64,000 bases of DNA from Nemertoderma westbladi (taxonomy: Eukaryota > Animalia > Xenacoelomorpha). Position numbers and translations under genes: made by a program. The stretch is taken from assembly GCA_032718475.1 (NCBI GenBank), contig JAUCBJ010002587.1:62001-126000 (forward strand), given 5' to 3'. A model generated the notes under the pieces. The model saw nothing but the letters and a program-made list of their open reading frames with translations, ran no database searches and was not told where the DNA came from. Positions 63,666-64,000 of this stretch are shown in pieces (within the stretch, counting starts at the first letter, position 1; each line of letters begins with the position of its first letter).

Positions 63666-64000
63666 AGTCTAAATAATGTTTTGCCTTCCGGCAAAAATAT
63701 CTCGCAAAAGTTCGAGATATAATTATAATTTAACCGAAATACGGTCAAATTATTTGTCAAATAATCAGTTGGTCCAAATGTCAAATAAATTCGCAATGCA
63801 ATATTGTGAATTTAATAGGGTATAGTTATAGCAAATACTAGCACAATATTTAAACAAAATATTATTATATAGCTACTATAGCAATTAAATACCGGTATGA
63901 CACAAAATAATTTCTGAATCTAATACAAAATATTCAGAATAAATTTGCCACCCAAATAATTCCAATTTTGCATATATAGCTCTAATCAACGTAATTTTAA

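Larger units (their letters stand above)
46945..64000 (-). mobile_element. BEL/Pao (Belpaoviridae) LTR retrotransposon with an accessory exonuclease ORF; 5' end beyond the window
   Basis: gag-pol in PR-RT-RH-IN order, co-oriented downstream ORF, shared hairpin motif throughout, candidate PPT/LTR. Left boundary tentative. Confidence 0.75.

Noticed and set aside
63666-64000. 5' LTR or primer-binding site of the BEL/Pao element
   Set aside because: I found no convincing TGG-initiated PBS or match to 46.9-49.2 kb; this is probably AT-rich 5' leader with the LTR outside the window.

Overview
Eukaryotic, probably invertebrate, repeat-rich genomic DNA; it is not prokaryotic and contains no CRISPR array. 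Positions 1-42.4 kb are almost all tandem repeat: a 45-bp satellite (1-6069 and 23532-42305), a 39-bp satellite (~6261-21561) and a ~2-kb unique spacer. The two 45-bp arrays end in the same 77-bp unique flank, which points to a duplicated composite unit, possibly Helitron-type. This block lies directly upstream of the terminal coding exon of an OXR1/NCOA7-type TLDc gene (42477-42782, +). The last codons and stop of that exon are amplified into a 29-bp minisatellite. Two small TIR elements with target-site duplications follow. The right third is a minus-strand BEL/Pao LTR retrotransposon whose gag-pol is split by one in-frame TAG and whose 5' end runs out of the window. It has a nested 5'-truncated RTE-like LINE. 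The most interesting feature is a 1.2-kaa intact ORF in the env position that encodes a WRN/Mut-7/EXD-like DEDDy 3'-5' exonuclease domain plus three CCHC zinc knuckles. At least six copies of one CAAACC-N4-GGTTTG hairpin are spread through gag, pol, the spacer, the accessory ORF and the 3' UTR, which links that ORF to the element. All assignments come from reading motifs by eye; no database search was run.
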